A DNA stretch of 64,000 nucleotides, from NCBI GenBank assembly GCA_013373445.1, contig JABXHV010000025.1, positions 16,126 to 80,125 of the forward strand, read 5' to 3'. Both the position numbers and the translations under genes were made by a program. This stretch comes from Paracoccaceae bacterium (GTDB lineage Bacteria; Pseudomonadota; Alphaproteobacteria; Rhizobiales; Stappiaceae). The stretch's first letter is position 1. The number at the start of each line of letters is the position of its first letter. The notes under the pieces were generated by a model. That model made no database searches. It was not told the origin of the DNA and saw only the letters and a list, made by a program, of their open reading frames with translations. This document shows positions 59,504 through 64,000 of this stretch, one piece after another.

Positions 59504-61291
59504 CTAATGCTCACTAATTTCACTGAATTTTCCTTCCCAAAAAACCTTACCCTTCTTCAACTCAATAATGTAATCGCAGTTCTTGAGTGTCGTTAAGCGG
59601 TGGGCTATATGAATCATGGTTATATCTTTTCCAAGCCCTTCAATGGCTGACATTACATTTTCTTCAGTTTCATTGTCGAGTGCGCTGGTCGCCTCATCGA
59701 GAACCAACACTCTTGCTTTTTTATACAAAGCTCTTGCGAGTCCAATACGTTGTCGCTGGCCGCCGGATAGTTTGATACCGCGTTCTCCAACAAAGGTCTG
59801 ATATTTCTGGGGAAGACTTTCAACAACGTCGGAGACCTGCGCAATCCTAGCTGCCTCCTTAACACGGATCATGTCGATCTCATGTTTTTCGATCCCGAAA
59901 GCGATGTTTGCGGCAATCGTTGTATCTGCAAGATAGACCGATTGAGGAACGTGAGCTACCAATGCGTGCCAGGCTCGCATGTTTTTCTCGTTTAACTCTT
60001 CCCCATCGATAAGGATGTTGCCGTCGGATGGCGTAAGCAAACCCATGATAAGGTCGACAAGTGTGCTTTTTCCGCTACCAGTTGCACCAATGAGACCTAT
60101 ACGGTCTCCTCGGCTTATATGAAGGTTGATATTGTTCAATACTGGTCGAGCGCTGGACTGGTAAGCATAGTGCACTTTATTAAGCGTGAGCGTCGAATTG
60201 AATTTTAGCTTGTGGCTTTGATTTGTATCGTCGGTAGTTGTAGGCTCGGCTTGGTCGAGCAGATTTAGAGCGTCAATCGTACTTTGCATGCCTCCTCTGA
60301 TGGTTGCGTATGCAGAATACGTTTGTTGGAGGATCGGAAGCAGGCGTTGTGCACCCAGCGCGATCGCGCCGAAGATTGGAATTGCAGCGACAAAGTCGCC
60401 ATCTCGACTAACGAGTACGTACGTAATCGTGGCCATAAATACCAGACCTAGCATTTCGATGACAAAACGTGGTGTCTGAGCAAGCAGGACGTTCCCTGCG
60501 GCTGCAAGTTGCATTCGGGTTAACGCCCTACGATAAACCTTTGCGTAGGTGGGCTGGTTAGCATCAATGATAACATCTCGAATTCCGCCAACCCCTTCTT
60601 GAATCACTTTGTTTACGCGGCCCAATTCAGCTGCATAAACGCGGCTGTTGGAAAGAAGGAAACGTTTGCTGACTGCAGTTGCGATAAAATACAGAGTGCC
60701 AAACCCGATCACTCCAGAAATGGCAACGGTCGGTTCGATGATAAAAAGCGTAGTCAAGACAACCACTAGCATGAACAAAGAGCTGAAAAAAATTAGCGCA
60801 GGCTGGATGATGTAGCCCACAAGGTCCTTCGCCTTATGGGCGCCCGCTAAAATTTCACTGCTGTTCCTCGAGATAATTTCTTCATACGGTTGGAAAAGGG
60901 TTTTCTCATAAACTTGAACGCTGAAGTCGATGCCAATCGCCATGCTCAACCGAGTCTGCAGCCAAAAAAAGGTTATTCTGAAGAAACCAGACGCCAAGAT
61001 AAGACCGATGAATGTAACGGTGAAAACCAGACGCATATCGGAGGGATTAGTGCTGGCAGTATATTCCAAAATGCCTTTAAGAAATGGGATGTTAAGAAGC
61101 TTTGTTGGGTCAGTCAGCGCTGCCAAAAACGGAATAATTGAACTGATACTAATCGCTTCTACAAAAGATGAAATGATCATCAAAATGCCAAGGATAATAA
61201 GTTGATGGCGGCGGCGAGATGAAAGGTGGCGAAAAACGCGCTTGATGACATCAAGTGTCGAATTCTTGGTTTCGTTCATTGTTTCAGACAA
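59504..61291 (-). CDS. ABC exporter, fused TMD+NBD (PglK/WlaB/MsbA-like putative lipid-linked glycan flippase)
   Basis: ~6 TM helices followed by GATGSGKST, LSGGQRQRIGLARALY, LVLDEATSALD, IAHRL. Confidence 0.85.
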   Translation of the reverse strand: MSETMNETKNSTLDVIKRVFRHLSSRRRHQLIILGILMIISSFVEAISISSIIPFLAALTDPTKLLNIPFLKGILEYTASTNPSDMRLVFTVTFIGLILASGFFRITFFWLQTRLSMAIGIDFSVQVYEKTLFQPYEEIISRNSSEILAGAHKAKDLVGYIIQPALIFFSSLFMLVVVLTTLFIIEPTVAISGVIGFGTLYFIATAVSKRFLLSNSRVYAAELGRVNKVIQEGVGGIRDVIIDANQPTYAKVYRRALTRMQLAAAGNVLLAQTPRFVIEMLGLVFMATITYVLVSRDGDFVAAIPIFGAIALGAQRLLPILQQTYSAYATIRGGMQSTIDALNLLDQAEPTTTDDTNQSHKLKFNSTLTLNKVHYAYQSSARPVLNNINLHISRGDRIGLIGATGSGKSTLVDLIMGLLTPSDGNILIDGEELNEKNMRAWHALVAHVPQSVYLADTTIAANIAFGIEKHEIDMIRVKEAARIAQVSDVVESLPQKYQTFVGERGIKLSGGQRQRIGLARALYKKARVLVLDEATSALDNETEENVMSAIEGLGKDITMIHIAHRLTTLKNCDYIIELKKGKVFWEGKFSEISEH

Positions 61292-61369
61292 GGATAAGCT
61301 CGGTTCTCATATTGGACTGAATAGATACTCGACATTTTGGTCCGAGCACAATTGGTATCAGGACTTGTT

Positions 61370-61816
61370 TCAGCTTTGTTTGAGATAAACACTCATTTCC
61401 TGATGGTCTACTGCAAAGCCGAGCGATTCATAAAATGGAATATTATGGTTGGCGGTCACAAGGCTGGCTTTAAAACAGTTCTCTTCCTGCGCGCGCTCGA
61501 GCAGGTTTCGAACGATCAATCGCCCGATGCCCATGCGTCTTGCTGTTTCGTGAACAACGACATCCTCAACAATTGCTGATCGCCCCCCCCGGATTCGGTC
61601 TAAAATGAAAATTGAACCAAATCCTATTACTTGTTCTTGGGATTCAGCAACGGAAGCGAAGCAGTAAGAGTTCTGAACAAAGGTAGCGGCAAGTTCTTTA
61701 AATTTGGAATGGTCGGGTTTGAATGTGCTGATGCTTTGCAGCATTTCAACAACTTGTTCTATGTCGTTAGGGTTAAAAGAACGAATTACAATAGCTTGAT
61801 CATTCATAATTTGCAC
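61370..61816 (-). CDS. GNAT acetyltransferase resembling glucosamine-6-phosphate N-acetyltransferase (GNA1)
   Basis: IVEDVVVHETARRMGIG motif A, CFKASL, FYESLGF. Confidence 0.75.
   Translation of the reverse strand: MQIMNDQAIVIRSFNPNDIEQVVEMLQSISTFKPDHSKFKELAATFVQNSYCFASVAESQEQVIGFGSIFILDRIRGGRSAIVEDVVVHETARRMGIGRLIVRNLLERAQEENCFKASLVTANHNIPFYESLGFAVDHQEMSVYLKQS
61583..61590 (-). repeat. G8 homopolymer inside the GNAT coding strand
   Basis: Plus strand CCCCCCCC; encodes the R-G-G codons CGG GGG GGG. Confidence 0.9.
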
Positions 61817-62126
61817 CCAAGGTTTTTGGGATTTCGGGACGAAACCATCTCTACTTTGCGTTCTTAGAGTGAACCGCTCCCATCTAGATACATCTCAGCT
61901 GAAGTCGCGCAGGAGTAGCCTTTTTGATTGGCAGAGTCCATCGACAATCTAACCACGCAGTTGTGCTTTAGAGGTCTTTTGCGCGTGCACAGCTAGTGGT
62001 ATTGAATTGAGATCTCAAGTTAAAGTGGACAGTGGCTGTTTATCCGATGACAAAAGTGGTACTGCTCCCCGAAAATCAATCGATCTGAAATTTCACTCAA
62101 AAATTTGCGAAAATCGGTAGTAGTAA

Positions 62127-63182
62127 ATGAGCTCAACACTTTCAACGCAGCAGGCCGATTTGGATGCAGAGTTTGGTCCGGTCTTGATTACGGGTGGTAC
62201 AGGGTCTTTTGGCAAAACAATGCTAAAGGATTTGATCAAGCGGAACGTATCCGAGGTTCGTATTCTAAGCAGGGATGAGGAAAAGCAGGACCTTCTGCGC
62301 AATACCTTGAAGAGCACAAATGTTCGCTACTTCATTGGTGACATTAGGGATCGGGAAAGCGTAGATCGCGCCATGGCTGGAGTTGATTGCGTATTTCATG
62401 CAGCGGCTTTGAAACAGGTTCCTTCCTGTGAATTTTTCCCAATTGAAGCTGTTCGCACAAACATTTTAGGCTCTGAAAATGTCATCCGCTCTGCGACGGC
62501 TGCTCGTGTTCGATCTGTCGTTTGCCTGTCGACTGATAAGGCTGTGCTGCCCGTGAATGCGATGGGAATGTCGAAGGCGTTGATGGAGAAATCTGCTTTG
62601 GCCATTGCGCGGTCGCTTGCTGCCCAGTCTCCAACGACTGTTTCGATGGTCCGCTACGGCAATGTTATGTATTCACGCGGTTCGGTGATCCCGCTCTTTA
62701 TCAATCAGATCAAGAGCAGAGAGCCGATCACCCTGACTGAACCCACAATGACACGTTTCCTGATGCCTCTTCGCGACTCAGTTGCACTGGTTCACCATGC
62801 CTTTCAGAATGCAAATCAGGGAGATCTATTTATTCGAAAGGCTGCGGCGGCAACGATCTCTGATCTTGTTTTGGCCCTTTTGGAGCTATTTGACGTTCCC
62901 GAGCATCCTGTTGAAGAGATTGGATGGCGGCATGCGGAAAAACTGTATGAGACGCTTGCAACTGCGCAAGAACTCGCCCATTCCCAGGATATGGGGGACT
63001 ATTACAGAATTAAAATGGATTCTCGTGATTTGAACTATTCTCTATATTTCTCAGAAGGGGAGAAGGAAACTGTTCGGCATGAAGACTATCATTCGCATAA
63101 TACGGTCAGGCTGGATGTCGAAGGTGTGAAAGCCCTGTTGCTTTCACTACCAGAAGTCCAGGCAGAACTTGCGGCCTGGTGA
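62127..63182 (+). CDS. fnlA: UDP-GlcNAc 4,6-dehydratase/5-epimerase (FnlA/WbjB/CapE type)
   Basis: GGTGSFG, HAAALKQVPSCEFFP, LSTDKAV, MGMSKALMEK, RYGNVMYSRGSVIP, MTRF. Confidence 0.88.
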   Translation: MSSTLSTQQADLDAEFGPVLITGGTGSFGKTMLKDLIKRNVSEVRILSRDEEKQDLLRNTLKSTNVRYFIGDIRDRESVDRAMAGVDCVFHAAALKQVPSCEFFPIEAVRTNILGSENVIRSATAARVRSVVCLSTDKAVLPVNAMGMSKALMEKSALAIARSLAAQSPTTVSMVRYGNVMYSRGSVIPLFINQIKSREPITLTEPTMTRFLMPLRDSVALVHHAFQNANQGDLFIRKAAAATISDLVLALLELFDVPEHPVEEIGWRHAEKLYETLATAQELAHSQDMGDYYRIKMDSRDLNYSLYFSEGEKETVRHEDYHSHNTVRLDVEGVKALLLSLPEVQAELAAW

Positions 63183-63257
63183 CCATAAAATCATATTATG
63201 AAGGTCAATGGGCGGAGTGATCGCAACCAGGACGGACTGCCTGCATAGGGAAGAAAT

Positions 63258-64000
63258 ATGAAAAAGCTTCGGGTCATGACAATCTTGGGGACACGTCCCG
63301 AAATCATCCGCCTTTCCCGCGTCATCGCGCGTCTCGATAGATTCACAGACCACACTATCGTGCATACTGGGCAAAACTGGGCCTATGAGCTCAATGAAGT
63401 GTTTTTCAGCGATTTATCAATTCGCAAACCCGACTTCTTTCTGGGAGCGGGCGGTGGTTCTCTTGGCGAGACGCTCGGAAAAATCTTGACCGAGACCGAG
63501 CGGGCTTTGCTCGACGTTGCGCCGGACGCAGTGCTAATTCTCGGCGATACAAATTCTTCCTTGGCGGCGATCATGGCGCGGCGGCTTAAAATTCCCGTGT
63601 ACCACATGGAAGCTGGAAACAGATCGTTTGATCGCAATGTTCCAGAAGAAACAAATCGCAAGATTGTAGATCATATCTCAGACTTTAATCTGGTTTATAC
63701 TGAGCATGCTCGCAGGCACTTGATCGCAGAAGGGTTGCCGCATAAGCGAATATATCTAACCGGCTCCCCAATGCGTGAGGTGCTTGAGCACTATAAAGAG
63801 CAGTTCGAAGGCTCGGATTGCCTTGAACGTCTGGGGCTGAAATCAAAAGGCTATTTTATTGTTTCTCTGCATCGCGAGGAAAATGTTGACCACTCTGGTA
63901 GGCTCGCGGATGTCGTGAGTTCATTGAATATGCTTGTGTCTCACTATGACATGCCGGTTATCGTTTCTACGCATCCAAGAACCCGAAAGCGTTTGGATGC
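63258..64000 (+). CDS. UDP-2-acetamido-2,6-dideoxy-L-hexose 2-epimerase (FnlC/QnlB/WbjD type), 5' part, runs off the window
   Basis: Not in the ORF track. ATG at 63258: MKKLRVMTILGTRPEIIRLS..HTGQN.YELN..GDTNS..HMEAGNRSFD..VPEETNR..HREEN. Confidence 0.88.
   Translation, partial: MKKLRVMTILGTRPEIIRLSRVIARLDRFTDHTIVHTGQNWAYELNEVFFSDLSIRKPDFFLGAGGGSLGETLGKILTETERALLDVAPDAVLILGDTNSSLAAIMARRLKIPVYHMEAGNRSFDRNVPEETNRKIVDHISDFNLVYTEHARRHLIAEGLPHKRIYLTGSPMREVLEHYKEQFEGSDCLERLGLKSKGYFIVSLHREENVDHSGRLADVVSSLNMLVSHYDMPVIVSTHPRTRKRLD

Noticed and set aside
28503-64000. Duplicated wecB
   Set aside because: The second copy (63258..) has FnlC/QnlB-type motifs (GTRPEIIRLS, EAGNR) and follows fnlA, so it has a different function.
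1-64000. CRISPR arrays, tRNA/rRNA genes, integrase, prophage genes
   Set aside because: None were recognisable by eye on either strand.

Overview
Chromosomal segment of an alphaproteobacterium. Gene content and order suggest Hyphomicrobiales/Rhizobiales, possibly Roseibium/Labrenzia-like (inference). The window has two parts. (1) 1-24.66 kb is conserved core: tolA(partial)-tolR-tolQ-ybgC, ruvCAB, yebC, ymdB-like, 5-formyl-THF cyclo-ligase, 6S RNA, zapA, tkt-gap-pgk-fba, thiE-like, a Sel1 protein, efp, suhB and an orphan MotA/MotB-like pair. Two small accessory insertions interrupt it. (2) From an IS3 relic at ~24.67 kb to the window end is a >39 kb, more AT-rich, mosaic surface-glycan island. 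It encodes ~8-9 glycosyltransferases, six SAM methyltransferases, a single-chain PglK/MsbA-type ABC exporter, dTDP-4-amino-4,6-dideoxyhexose genes (rmlBA, wecE), wecB, and an L-QuiNAc-type pathway split between the two ends. It also encodes a complete GDP-D-glycero-alpha-D-manno-heptose pathway (gmhA, hddA, gmhB, hddC). The strongest candidate for an undescribed system is this heptose pathway combined with a Cj1427-like C4-dehydrogenase, an NDP-sugar C-methyltransferase and an Fcl-like C4-reductase. Together these point to a branched 3-C-methyl-heptose. A second candidate is a translationally coupled beta-phosphoglucomutase-like / HldC-like pair, which could make an NDP-beta-sugar without the usual kinase. 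All family calls come from motifs read by eye and recalled family sequences; no database search was run.
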